Source of the DNA: a virus
Taxonomy: Duplodnaviria > Caudoviricetes
Virus record (IMG/VR): IMGVR_UViG_3300046791_000370
Location: 1-59,183 of that record
DNA: 59,183 nt
Direction: 5' to 3' (one strand)
The notes under the pieces: generated by a model
Databases searched by the model: none
What the model was told of the DNA's origin: nothing
Seen by the model: the letters and a program-made list of their open reading frames with translations, nothing else
Position numbers and translations under genes: made by a program
Shown: in pieces, positions 16,927 through 26,453 of the stretch
Numbering within the stretch: position 1 is the stretch's first letter
How the letters are laid out: the number at the start of each line of letters is the position of its first letter

Positions 16927-18347
16927 GTTTTGACGCCCGCGTTCAGGTCACGGTTGCCGGCAGCCTGCTCGGGAAGGTTCTCCTTCGCGCTGGCCATCGT
17001 CTTGGCCGGGTTGATGAGCTGCATGAACTTGGCCATCTCGTTGACCATCTCGTTGAACTCGAATGGGCCGTCGCTGTCGTCCGCGACAGAGGGCACCGCG
17101 AGCCCGCCATTCAGCTCCGGGTTGCCGAGGGTCTCCCACAAGACCTCCTCGATCTGGTTCTGCACCGGGCCAACCTCCAGCGTCTGGAAGGACACGAGGG
17201 AGTTCGGGAGATCGTTCACCGAGCCGAGCTTGCCCGGGATCTGGATGCCGGCGAGCGCGGGCGGGACCGAGTGCGCGGACACCACGACCGTGGCCAGGGT
17301 CTCCTGCATGTCCTTGAAGAAGGTTCCGTTCTCGGTGTTTTGAGGCGAGAGCTGCTGGAGAGTGACCTTGGTCAGCTCATCAGGCAGGTGGAAGAGTGAG
17401 GACTTCCATGCGTTGCCGCCTCCGACGTTGTTCTGCATTTCGGTCGAGATGGCCTTGAACAACTTCGGCCCCACGAACCCGCCCTGCAAGAACATCAAGA
17501 GGGCCGGCACGCCGCGGTTGTTGAAGAAGTCGAACACGTGCTGGCGCGTCGCGGCGATCAGCTCGACCGCGGCCACGACCGGCAGCCAGTCCGGCACGCC
17601 GTAGTAGCGCGAGATGTTGGAGTGAGCCTTGAAGTGGATCATCTCCGAGACGCGGCCGTCGAGCAGGCGCACGAAGCGCGAGCCGGGGAGCGCGAGCGCA
17701 TCATCGGACTGGCCGAAAGCACACATGATCTGCACGTGCTCCTGACCCTCGGGCGGGCGCCGGCCCGGCAGGAGTCCACCATGGAGTTCGTAGAGCAGAA
17801 CCTGCTGGTCCTCGACGATGATCTTGACATCGCGCGACGGGCAGTGATGGAGGCCGAGGATCTTCCCGTTTGGTCCCTCGCGCACGACCTCGATGTATCC
17901 ATTCCCCGTCTCGACGAAGTCCGCCGCGACCAGATCCATCAGGCCGTAGAAGTTCCCGGCCGTGCCCAGCCGGCAGAGCGGGTTCAGGGTCCGTCGGAAC
18001 TTGCGGTCTTTGAGCCCGAGCCCGACGAGCGAGCGCCGCTTGATCTTGACGCAGGTCGAGTGGTGCTCGTTGTAGAGTTTGAGGTTGGCGGCGTCCGTCA
18101 TGTTGAACGGATGCTCGATCATCAGGCCGATCCCACCGGGCGTCGGGTTCTGGAGCGAGGCCCCTCGCCGGTCGGTCAGCTCCTTGATGATTGCAACGGA
18201 GCGCTTGTAGCGATCGGCGTCATCAGGGGCGAGGCTTCGATTTGAGCGTGCGATCAGAGAGGCCAGCATGGTCTCGATCGGCTGCTCTTGGCGCGCACGT
18301 GCTTTCGCTGCGGCCGAGACTTTAGCGGGCTTGGAAGTTTTTCCCAT
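16923..18347 (-). CDS. portal protein (PBSX/P2 gpQ-like)
   Basis: HHSTCVKIK..LVGLG, TGNGYIEVVR, YYGVPDW, FFNNRGVP, SAHSVPP.LAG; start placed at MGKTSK. Confidence 0.9.
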   Translation of the reverse strand: MGKTSKPAKVSAAAKARARQEQPIETMLASLIARSNRSLAPDDADRYKRSVAIIKELTDRRGASLQNPTPGGIGLMIEHPFNMTDAANLKLYNEHHSTCVKIKRRSLVGLGLKDRKFRRTLNPLCRLGTAGNFYGLMDLVAADFVETGNGYIEVVREGPNGKILGLHHCPSRDVKIIVEDQQVLLYELHGGLLPGRRPPEGQEHVQIMCAFGQSDDALALPGSRFVRLLDGRVSEMIHFKAHSNISRYYGVPDWLPVVAAVELIAATRQHVFDFFNNRGVPALLMFLQGGFVGPKLFKAISTEMQNNVGGGNAWKSSLFHLPDELTKVTLQQLSPQNTENGTFFKDMQETLATVVVSAHSVPPALAGIQIPGKLGSVNDLPNSLVSFQTLEVGPVQNQIEEVLWETLGNPELNGGLAVPSVADDSDGPFEFNEMVNEMAKFMQLINPAKTMASAKENLPEQAAGNRDLNAGVKT

Positions 18348-18373
18348 GTTTTTCCGTCTCACTCTGAGACACC

Positions 18374-18393
18374 GTGTGGTAGTATACCCCACG
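18374..18393. promoter_or_regulatory. divergent promoter region between portal and prohead protease
   Basis: TGGTAGTAT extended -10 (18377-18385) inside an imperfect inverted repeat CGTGTGGTA/TACCCCACG; only 47 nt between the two starts. Confidence 0.55.
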
Positions 18394-18394
18394 T

Positions 18395-19402
18395 ATGGCA
18401 ACGGATCAGATGGAAAATCCGGGAAAGGGTCCCAAGCGTCGGATCGTGAACCCTCGGATCACCCGAGTCAGCCTCGTGAATCGGCCGGCCAACCAGGTCG
18501 AGCTGGTCTACAAGGGAGAGGACGCGCCCATGCTCCTGGAGCCCATCGTGAAGATGGACGAGAGGGGCGAGGCCCTGATGCTGATCAGCATCCCCAACCG
18601 GCCGGACGCGCATGGCGAAGTCCTGCTGCCTGAGGATGTTCAGGCCGCTGCCCACTCGTGGGCGAAGCACGGGATGGAGATCGATCTCCGTCACGAGGCT
18701 CTGGCCGGCGCACCGGCCCAGAGCCGCGAGAAGATTTTCGCCGCCGAATCGTGGCTCGTCACCAAGGACGACCGTCGGTTCGATGGCTGGAAAGACAACA
18801 AGGGCCAACCGCTCGGTGACGTAACCGGGGCATGGGCTGCCTTGTTCAAGGTCGAGGACCCGGCGATCCGCGAGGATCTACGCACGGGAGCCCTTGCTGG
18901 ACCCTCAATGTATGGATGGGGACAGCGCCAAGTCATCAAGTCAGAGGACACAATGGACGAGACCAAGTTGAAGGCCCTCCTGGATGCTCAGAGCGCGAGC
19001 TTCCTCACCGGGGTCGAGAGGATCGTGAAGTCGCTCACTCCCGCACCTGTCACGCCCCCGGCGCCCGCGCCCGAGGCGAAGGACACGAAGCCGACTCCGG
19101 TCGTGAAGTCCGTCGATCTGCCCGAGGGATTCGACGCGAACGATCCCGAGCAGCTTCAGGCCCACAAGGACCGGATCATGGCGGCGACGCTGGATCTGAC
19201 GACCTTCGAGGGCATCGTGAAGTGGGAGCAGTATCTGGCCGGCAAGAATGCGCCGAAGCCGGAGGGCAAGCCCGCCGTGAAGGGCACGAGTGCGCAGCCC
19301 CTGGGTGGCCGCGTGATCAAGGACGAGGCGACGATGCTGCGTGAGAGGGGTCTCGCGTGCATGGCCCAGATCGAGGGCAAGACCCCGGAGAAGAGGAGCT
19401 AA
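18395..19402 (+). CDS. XkdF-like prohead protease with C-terminal scaffold region
   Basis: VSLVNRPAN, DAHGE, AESW, GAW, GPSMYG; upstream of capsid genes. Confidence 0.85.
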   Translation: MATDQMENPGKGPKRRIVNPRITRVSLVNRPANQVELVYKGEDAPMLLEPIVKMDERGEALMLISIPNRPDAHGEVLLPEDVQAAAHSWAKHGMEIDLRHEALAGAPAQSREKIFAAESWLVTKDDRRFDGWKDNKGQPLGDVTGAWAALFKVEDPAIREDLRTGALAGPSMYGWGQRQVIKSEDTMDETKLKALLDAQSASFLTGVERIVKSLTPAPVTPPAPAPEAKDTKPTPVVKSVDLPEGFDANDPEQLQAHKDRIMAATLDLTTFEGIVKWEQYLAGKNAPKPEGKPAVKGTSAQPLGGRVIKDEATMLRERGLACMAQIEGKTPEKRS

Positions 19403-19404
19403 CC

Positions 19405-19833
19405 ATGGCTGTCGAGAAGAGAATCCTGTTCGAGGCGTTGTCGGGCACCGATCGTGTCCCGGTCCAGCGCTACATCACCAAGACCGTGAACCGTCTGTTC
19501 GCGGCCGTCTCGGGCGCTCCGCTCCTGCCGATCAACCTTCCCGTCGCCTACGACTCCGCCCTGGATGTCTGGAAGCGCTGGGACGTGGACGGCGCCGCGG
19601 GTGAGGGCGACCAGATCAGGGGCTTCCTGACGTGCGCTCTCCAGACGCATGCGACCAATACCGTTCCGGCCGAGATCGCCTTCAAGGGCGAGTTCGATCG
19701 GGAAGACATCAACAACAGCACCATCCGTGCCGCCCTGCCGAACACGCCGTCGGAAGGTGAGCTGGACGAGGCCCTCCGTGATCCGGAGCTGCGGGCCATC
19801 GAGCTGAACGTCCGTGGCGTGGAGCAGGTGTAA
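19405..19833 (+). CDS. putative head decoration protein
   Basis: 142 aa, between protease and major capsid (lambda D position). Confidence 0.6.
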   Translation: MAVEKRILFEALSGTDRVPVQRYITKTVNRLFAAVSGAPLLPINLPVAYDSALDVWKRWDVDGAAGEGDQIRGFLTCALQTHATNTVPAEIAFKGEFDREDINNSTIRAALPNTPSEGELDEALRDPELRAIELNVRGVEQV

Positions 19834-19835
19834 CC

Positions 19836-20894
19836 ATGGCTGATCATCCGGCACAGATCCTTTCGTTCTACCAGCTTTCGCCGATGGTGGACTTGTCGAA
19901 GTCCCCGGCGAGCTTCCTCCGCAACCTCCTGTTCGGGGCTGGCAAGACCATGTCCGCCGAGAACCTGGAGGTCCCGGTCATCGTGGGCGGGCGCACGGTC
20001 GCTCCCATGATCTCCCCGTGCTCCTCGGACGCCCCGTGGGTCCGTCGGCGCGCGAAGGAGACCAAGCTCATCCGCTTCCCGCGTATGGCTCTCCGGTTCG
20101 CGCTCAATGCCTGCAAGGTCCAGACGACCCGGCTGCCGGGCATGAACCACTACGCCGACCAGGGCGAGATCCTGTCGGCCTACGAGATCGAGGTCGCAGA
20201 GCACCAGCGCGAGCTGCGTGACCAGATGGCCAACCGTCTGGAGCTGATGGTCGCCCAGCTTCTCCAGGGCGAGATGTCCTACCAGGACGACGAGGGTGAT
20301 GCGTGGGTCTACACGTCGCCCAAGCCGGGCGGGAACTCCTTCTCGGCCGCGGACGGCTGGGACACGGACGACGGCGCTCCGGAGGACGACATCCTGGCCG
20401 CGAAGCAGGTGATCTCGGACGAGGTCTCCGAGCAGCCGACGCACATGCTCCTGGGCTCGGACGCAATGCAGGCTTTCATCCACAACGAGAGCGCGCTCAG
20501 GCTCTTCGGCGTGGGTGGATCGGTGCGGGACATCCGCGCGGGCAACCTGGATCTGACTGCCAACTTCCAGGACTCGGGCGCGATCTACCTCGGTATGTTC
20601 GCAGGTCTCCAGGTCTGGGGTTACCCCCGCCAGGTGACCGTCAACGGGTCCGCCACGGACCTGATCCGTCCGGAGTGGGCCGAGATCGTGACCGTCAAGC
20701 CGGGCGCGATGAACCAGCTCTACTTCGGTCCCATCCACAACTTCAAGTCCGGTCAGCGGATGGAGTGGCGCGAGTTCTCGCACTCGTGGATGTCGCTCGA
20801 CGGCCAGTCCGTGTGCTTCCACACGGAGAGCCGCCCGATGCCCGTCTTCCACAAGCCGGGCTCGCACGTGTCGATCCACGTGGTCGGCGTCTGA
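19836..20894 (+). CDS. major capsid protein (lambda gpE-like)
   Basis: VAPMISP, NRLELMVAQLLQG, YFGPI, ESRPMPV; size and synteny. Confidence 0.88.
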   Translation: MADHPAQILSFYQLSPMVDLSKSPASFLRNLLFGAGKTMSAENLEVPVIVGGRTVAPMISPCSSDAPWVRRRAKETKLIRFPRMALRFALNACKVQTTRLPGMNHYADQGEILSAYEIEVAEHQRELRDQMANRLELMVAQLLQGEMSYQDDEGDAWVYTSPKPGGNSFSAADGWDTDDGAPEDDILAAKQVISDEVSEQPTHMLLGSDAMQAFIHNESALRLFGVGGSVRDIRAGNLDLTANFQDSGAIYLGMFAGLQVWGYPRQVTVNGSATDLIRPEWAEIVTVKPGAMNQLYFGPIHNFKSGQRMEWREFSHSWMSLDGQSVCFHTESRPMPVFHKPGSHVSIHVVGV

Positions 20895-20923
20895 TCTCAC
20901 AACCCTGAACCCTAACTACTCAC

Positions 20924-21265
20924 ATGAGCAAGCCACAACCCAAGGCAGAGAACGAGAAGAAGGACGTCTACATTGCGCGTGGGACGGTCCATCTGAACGA
21001 GATGGTCCCGAACAAGCGCACGGGGAAGCTGCGGAAGAACCGCCGCATCTTCCTCGCGGGGCAGGTCGTCCCCGCCGAATACCTCAAGTCCGAGGACAAG
21101 ATCGAGGCCCTGATCGAGAAGGGCTGGCTGCGGCGTAAGGGCGAGAAGCTCGTCGAAGAGGACGTGCCGCCCGTCAACGCCTGCACCGGCAAGGGCCACG
21201 AGACGCTCGTGCTCAGGCCGGGCGATCGAAGCGAGGCCCCGGACCCGGGGCAAGGTGAGCCGTGA
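20924..21265 (+). CDS. hypothetical virion-module protein
   Basis: Directly after the capsid gene. Confidence 0.65.
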   Translation: MSKPQPKAENEKKDVYIARGTVHLNEMVPNKRTGKLRKNRRIFLAGQVVPAEYLKSEDKIEALIEKGWLRRKGEKLVEEDVPPVNACTGKGHETLVLRPGDRSEAPDPGQGEP

Positions 21266-21798
21266 CCAATCCTCTGTTCGTTGCGAGCATGACGGTCCTG
21301 AAGAAGGAACTCCGTATGTCCGGGTCTTATGACACGGCCGCGGATGTTCATGCCATCATCGAGCAGAGCGTGCTCCGTGCCAGGCTAGAAATGCAGGAGC
21401 GGCTGGGTGATGACATCATCACTCAGCTTCTGGCGATCACTTATTCCGCGAACCCGACGACGGCCGATCAGCGCCGCCGCGCGCTCGCAAACCTTGTGGA
21501 GATCGAGCTGGTCCGGGCACGCTTGCTGGACATCCTCCCGATCATCTTCAAGGACTCATCAGGCGGAGTGTCCGAGGATTGGAACGACAATGGCGTCTTT
21601 CGTGCCGCGAGTGCGGACGAGAGCCGGCGTCGTCCGCCTCTGGGCGCCGACCTGGACTTCGTGAACCGCGCGATCTCGACCCTGACCGGCGAGAGCGATG
21701 TTCCGGACGACCTGGTGTTCACCACCCTACGTGGGCGTGAGCACCGCAAGGCCAAGCCGAGGCTTGACCAGGATTTTCTACGCGGTAGAGACCTGTGA
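21262..21798 (+). CDS. putative head-tail adaptor
   Basis: Helical 178 aa; synteny only. Confidence 0.5.
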   Translation: MTNPLFVASMTVLKKELRMSGSYDTAADVHAIIEQSVLRARLEMQERLGDDIITQLLAITYSANPTTADQRRRALANLVEIELVRARLLDILPIIFKDSSGGVSEDWNDNGVFRAASADESRRRPPLGADLDFVNRAISTLTGESDVPDDLVFTTLRGREHRKAKPRLDQDFLRGRDL

Positions 21799-22256
21799 CC
21801 TATCACGACGGCATCCACAATGCGGTCGTGACTCTGATCCGGTCGCTCGACTTCCCACTGGTGACATACCCGGCAGGGATTCGCACCACGAGCGACACGG
21901 TGAAGGAGAAGGCCAAGTCCATCAGGTGTCACCGCACCGAGGCTTCCTTCGGGAAGACGAAGATCGGCCAGGCAGCGTTAGGGGTAACGGGTTGTGTGGC
22001 GTTGCCTGGCACATTCGTCCAGACCGAATCCTGGCTCTTGGAGCTGGGCTTTGACAGACAGATCGATTTGACGGCACTGGAGGCGGCTTGGGGCTCGACC
22101 CCGCTCCGTGTGTCCATGAACCCTAGCGATCCGACGAACGCCTTGTTCGTTCAGATCGACCTGGGAAAGTTGGATCAACGTGATCCGGTCGAGCAGCAGG
22201 AATCGAAAGGAACCAAGGCCATTTACACCTTGACGGTGCATTGGCCGGGAGAGTAA
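21795..22256 (+). CDS. putative tail terminator/completion protein
   Basis: 153 aa immediately before the tail tube; synteny. Confidence 0.5.
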   Translation: MTYHDGIHNAVVTLIRSLDFPLVTYPAGIRTTSDTVKEKAKSIRCHRTEASFGKTKIGQAALGVTGCVALPGTFVQTESWLLELGFDRQIDLTALEAAWGSTPLRVSMNPSDPTNALFVQIDLGKLDQRDPVEQQESKGTKAIYTLTVHWPGE

Positions 22257-22258
22257 CA

Positions 22259-23122
22259 ATGGCAGCTTTCAGAGACAACACGACGGGGCTCTGCGACTTC
22301 CAGAACGAGCTGTATCTCGGCGGCGTCGAGATTTGGCTTTCGGAACTGGACGAAGAGGGCCGTATCCAGGGCTTCCGGTGCATGGGTTGCGCCGAGGAGT
22401 TCACCTTGACGATCGACGAGACGAAGCTCGAAGTCGACAAGGCTTGCACGGGCATCCGCGAGACGACGGAGCTGGTCACCAAGACCAAGCTCTCGGTCAA
22501 GTTCACGGTGCAGAACACCACGCTTCAGAACCTGGCGGAGTTCCTGGCCGGTGACGTCACCAGCTACACGAACGCGGCCGTGGCGGGCGTCGATGACATC
22601 ATCCAGGTCGACATCGTGTCGGCGGGTGGCACGGGGGCCGAGGAGGGTCAGACGATCCTGCTCGTGGACGGGGACGGCAATCGCATCGTCGATATCGACG
22701 TGGACGATCTGACCGTGGAGCGCTCGGCGGACGGCTCCATGTGGGTCGCGCTGGATGAGGACGACGACTTCACTGTCGACGAGAAGGCCGGCACCATCTA
22801 CCTGGTCCCGGGCGGCGACGTCACGAGCGGCGACGCGATCCGGATCAGTCTGGATGCCAACATGGGCGCGCAGGCGTCGGTCAAGGGCACCAACGCTCTG
22901 TCGGGTGGCCGCCGGTTCGTGGCTATCCGCGCTCTCGCGAGCAACGGATTCAAGGACGAGGCCAAGGCGGAGGTTCTGCTCTACGCAGTCTTCCTCGCGG
23001 CCGACGGTGATCTCTCCCTGTCGGGCACTGAGATCATGAAGACGGGCTTCAACGGAACCCTGGCGACTTCCACCTACTACGGCGTGCCCCTGTGGCTCGC
23101 CAACCTGCCTGAGGAGGCATAA
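22259..23122 (+). CDS. major tail tube protein
   Basis: Acidic; LYLGG.EI, FRCMGCAEEFTLTI, NLAEFLAG, DGDLSL; start at ATG 22259. Confidence 0.8.
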   Translation: MAAFRDNTTGLCDFQNELYLGGVEIWLSELDEEGRIQGFRCMGCAEEFTLTIDETKLEVDKACTGIRETTELVTKTKLSVKFTVQNTTLQNLAEFLAGDVTSYTNAAVAGVDDIIQVDIVSAGGTGAEEGQTILLVDGDGNRIVDIDVDDLTVERSADGSMWVALDEDDDFTVDEKAGTIYLVPGGDVTSGDAIRISLDANMGAQASVKGTNALSGGRRFVAIRALASNGFKDEAKAEVLLYAVFLAADGDLSLSGTEIMKTGFNGTLATSTYYGVPLWLANLPEEA

Positions 23123-23124
23123 CA

Positions 23125-23505
23125 ATGGCGTTTTTCGACACTGCACGTAGCATTCGTCGGCTTCTCGGGCTCTACAGCTCGACGGCCGGTTCCATCGGCG
23201 TCCTCGCTTCTTCGGGGAAGCCGATCAAGCGCAAGATCCTGACCGCGACTGCCGGGCCGAATAGCTCGACGGTAGACATCGCGCATGGCCTCACGGTCAC
23301 TGCGGTCCAGGTCACGCGACTGGACGTGATCCTGAAGAAGGGCTCCGACTCGACGGTGGTCAAGGCCCCGCACATCTCGGACACGGAGGCGCACTCCCTG
23401 TCGGTCGCGATGGGCGCCACGAACGTCTCGCTGACCTCGGGCTCGGGTGGTGACTACAGCGGCTATGCCGTCTTCGTCACGCTCGAATACGTGGACCTGG
23501 CCTAA
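23125..23505 (+). CDS. putative virion appendage protein
   Basis: Shares RKI..GPN..T...HG(L/I)T...EY domain with the next gene. Confidence 0.55.
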   Translation: MAFFDTARSIRRLLGLYSSTAGSIGVLASSGKPIKRKILTATAGPNSSTVDIAHGLTVTAVQVTRLDVILKKGSDSTVVKAPHISDTEAHSLSVAMGATNVSLTSGSGGDYSGYAVFVTLEYVDLA

Positions 23506-23508
23506 GCC

Positions 23509-24102
23509 ATGGCCGGCGAGTTCTTCACGACCGGGCGCGTCGCCAGCCGAAAGGCTGACGAGGCGCTCAGTCTCGTCGGGGACGCGGACACGGCGATCTC
23601 CGCCATCGAAGGCGACATCGACGATCTGGAGTCTGCCGATATCACGATCTCTGGCCTGGTCTCGACCGAGGCCAGCACTCGTGGGTCGGCGGACAGCTCC
23701 GAGGCCGGCACTCGTGCGGCAGCGGATACGGCCCTGGCCGGGCGCTGCACGGCGCTTGAAGCCGGCACGGCGGGCACGCCCACGAACATGGTTCTGGCGG
23801 AGACGGTCATCGGTTCCTGGCTCGGTGTCCCGATGTATCGCAAGATCATTGCGGTCACCGGTCCGAATGCGACCACCGTGACTGAGCCGCATGGTATCAC
23901 TGGAATGGCCAGGGCGGTCAGGCTCTACGGACTCATCTTCAGGACGAGTCCTAGCCTTCTCAACCTGCCATTGCCTTACGCGCATTCGGACAACAACTCT
24001 CACATCCTCCTCTCGGCGGATGCGACGAACGTCAACATGATCTCGAACATCGACTTCTCGACGTTCGCTGGCCACGTGGTCATCGAATACACCAAAAGCT
24101 AG
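23509..24102 (+). CDS. putative short fibre protein (coiled coil plus beta tip)
   Basis: Heptad-like EASTRGSADSSEAGTRAAADTAL..LE, then YRKII..GPN..HGI..IEYTK. Confidence 0.6.
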   Translation: MAGEFFTTGRVASRKADEALSLVGDADTAISAIEGDIDDLESADITISGLVSTEASTRGSADSSEAGTRAAADTALAGRCTALEAGTAGTPTNMVLAETVIGSWLGVPMYRKIIAVTGPNATTVTEPHGITGMARAVRLYGLIFRTSPSLLNLPLPYAHSDNNSHILLSADATNVNMISNIDFSTFAGHVVIEYTKS

Positions 24103-24112
24103 CGGAGACGTT

Positions 24113-24511
24113 ATGTCAGCAGTTGCTCTCGAACTCGATGGATTCCTGGTTAGTGATGCGGTTCCCCTACCGGTCAAGATCATCACTGGGAAGGTTCGCA
24201 CTCCGAAGATCCTGGCCGAGGGTCAGCTCTCCGCTACTGCACAAACTGTCTATTACACCGTGCCCGCCAGCACCGTCGTCCGGGACATTCAGATCCTGGC
24301 AAGCTCGACGAACGGCAATCAGAAGACCAAGTTCTTTCTCAAGAAGTCCGGAGCCGTGGCATCACGGCTCATCGGGGCTCAGACCTTGGCGTTCGAGGGA
24401 GCATCTCTCGAAATCCGGCTCACCGGCCTCGGTGCCGGAGACACGATTGAGGCCACTGTCCAGAACATCAACAAAGTGGACTTCGTCATAACTGGCGAAG
24501 AGGAAGCATAA
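24113..24511 (+). CDS. putative beta-sandwich virion protein
   Basis: YTVPAST motif and L.AGDTIEA...G.EE ending. Confidence 0.55.
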   Translation: MSAVALELDGFLVSDAVPLPVKIITGKVRTPKILAEGQLSATAQTVYYTVPASTVVRDIQILASSTNGNQKTKFFLKKSGAVASRLIGAQTLAFEGASLEIRLTGLGAGDTIEATVQNINKVDFVITGEEEA

Positions 24512-24513
24512 CC

Positions 24514-25389
24514 ATGAGCAGGATTCGCGCAGACATCGCCGTGGCCGGACGCGGCGTCAGTTCCGGTAACCGAGTCCCCGTCGAGTTGGCGGGCGAACTC
24601 AACAGCTTCCTCCGAGACGTCCAGCGCGGAAACGTGGACGGCTCCAGGATCATCACGCAGTGGGCCGGGGTGTCACTAACCACGGGTCAGACTCGCAATC
24701 TCTGGGCCCGCGGTGCGACCGCTAACCAGCCCGTGCAGACGTCCGCGGTCGCCCTGGAGATCGTGTCCGCTGCGACGACCGACACCGCGGCCGGCACCGG
24801 CGCTCGGACGGTCTACGTCGAGGGTGTCGATGATACCTTCGCGCTCAAGTCCGGCACCTACACGATGAATGGGCAGACCGCCGTCTCCATGGGTTCGGGA
24901 TGGCTGCGCATCAACTTCATGGAGATCGCGACCGCAGGAGCGAACCAGACCAACAACGGCACGATCAGTGTGCAGATCGCGGCCGGCGGCACGATCCAGG
25001 CGCAGATGTCGTCGCCCCACAGCACGGCCAATCACATCAACTACACCGTGCCGCTCGGCAAGGTGGCCTACATCCTCCAGGTGAGCTTCGGCTCGATGGG
25101 CGACACGCAGGTCCAGACTGCCGTCACTGGCACGACCACGAAGACCCTGCCGCTGCTCTCGACGTCGTTCTTGGGCTGGCTCGGCAAGACCGGCACGCTC
25201 GCGAGTGATCTCGTCTTCCAGATCAAGCACCGTATGTTTGCATACCGCGGTGCCCAGCTCGTGCGCGACTTCAGCTACGGGATCTACCTCCCGGAGAAGT
25301 CGATCTACCAGCCCTCGGCGCAGAATCTGACGGCGGATACCATCGAGTTCATCGCTGACGTGATGATTCTCGAAGAGGACGCCCCGTAA
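24514..25389 (+). CDS. putative virion structural protein
   Basis: DTAAGTGARTVYVEG.D, MNGQTAV, WLRIN, YTVPLGK; Thr/Gly-rich. Confidence 0.6.
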   Translation: MSRIRADIAVAGRGVSSGNRVPVELAGELNSFLRDVQRGNVDGSRIITQWAGVSLTTGQTRNLWARGATANQPVQTSAVALEIVSAATTDTAAGTGARTVYVEGVDDTFALKSGTYTMNGQTAVSMGSGWLRINFMEIATAGANQTNNGTISVQIAAGGTIQAQMSSPHSTANHINYTVPLGKVAYILQVSFGSMGDTQVQTAVTGTTTKTLPLLSTSFLGWLGKTGTLASDLVFQIKHRMFAYRGAQLVRDFSYGIYLPEKSIYQPSAQNLTADTIEFIADVMILEEDAP

Positions 25390-25461
25390 TAGTCCGCCCT
25401 TCCCATGGGACGGGGGAATAAAGTTCCGTCTCAGATCGAGATTTGGTGGTAGTCTAGGGGC

Positions 25462-26121
25462 ATGGGCAATAACCAATCCGTCGTCAGGAAGAAGTCCGAA
25501 ACGCACGCCGTGAACGGGGTCGAGCTTGAGTTCTACCCGGTCGCGCCGCTGATGTTGAGCCTCTTCCTTCTCCAGTTCAAAGCCGTCTTTGCGATCTCGA
25601 AGCGGCTCTTCACTCCTGCTCCCCGCCTCGGCCGCGAGCAGTATGAGTCCGACAAGGGCAAGGGCACGACCTTCACGGTCCTGGACCCTGTCGACCCGAA
25701 GGCGCATGCGAGCTATCTCGCGCTGGTCGAGCAGGACACGAACCGGCTCGTCGAGATGGTCACCGAGGAGAAGTGTCGGGTCGCGATCGGTCGCTTGATC
25801 CTTGACTCGCTCCGCTCGGATGCCAACAAGCTCTTGGTCGACAAGGAAGGCAATGCCGTCGAGCTGAAGCGCGACGACGCCAGCGCCAAGATCCTGATGG
25901 GTCATGACGACTTGGACGTCCCCACTCTCTTCGGGCTGCTGGAAGGAATGTGGAAGGCGAACACGGGTCGCTTCGGCCCTTTCGTCCAGAGGGTCAGGGG
26001 CGCCCTCGTCCTCAAAATGAAAACGCTCCTGTCCGAGGCCGGGAAGCTGCCAGTGGAGGAGACGGAGACGACCCCGGAGACTCCGACCTCTACGCCGGAC
26101 TCGACCACGCCCTCGACCTGA
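25462..26121 (+). CDS. tail assembly chaperone (gpG-like)
   Basis: Before the tape measure; overlapped by a -1 frame ORF. Confidence 0.7.
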   Translation: MGNNQSVVRKKSETHAVNGVELEFYPVAPLMLSLFLLQFKAVFAISKRLFTPAPRLGREQYESDKGKGTTFTVLDPVDPKAHASYLALVEQDTNRLVEMVTEEKCRVAIGRLILDSLRSDANKLLVDKEGNAVELKRDDASAKILMGHDDLDVPTLFGLLEGMWKANTGRFGPFVQRVRGALVLKMKTLLSEAGKLPVEETETTPETPTSTPDSTTPST

Positions 26122-26453
26122 TCCTGACCAACACCGCCTACACCATAGACGAGGCCATGCTGCTTGATCTGTCGACCTTCTACGCGCTCGCCGAGCGGAT
26201 GCTCTGGCGCGAGAACGGTCGTCATCAGGCTCGGGCCTTCGGTGTGCAGGCGGCAGCGGCCAGCGTCTGGTCGGGCAAGAAGAAGCACATGGAGCACTAC
26301 GTCCAGGTCTACCCCAACTCACCTAAAGACCAGGATGTGAGACGTGACAAGAGCACCGGCCAGGAGAAGGCAAATGTCTCCGGCTGGAAGAAGCTCGCGA
26401 GCAAGTTCGGAACTGGACCCGCTCCCAAAGGCGGGAAGGTGAAAGCCAAGTGA
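26040..26453 (+). CDS. tail assembly chaperone extension (gpT-like, -1 frame)
   Basis: Open -1 frame 25950..26453 ending at the tape measure start. Confidence 0.55.
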   Translation, partial: REAASGGDGDDPGDSDLYAGLDHALDLILTNTAYTIDEAMLLDLSTFYALAERMLWRENGRHQARAFGVQAAAASVWSGKKKHMEHYVQVYPNSPKDQDVRRDKSTGQEKANVSGWKKLASKFGTGPAPKGGKVKAK

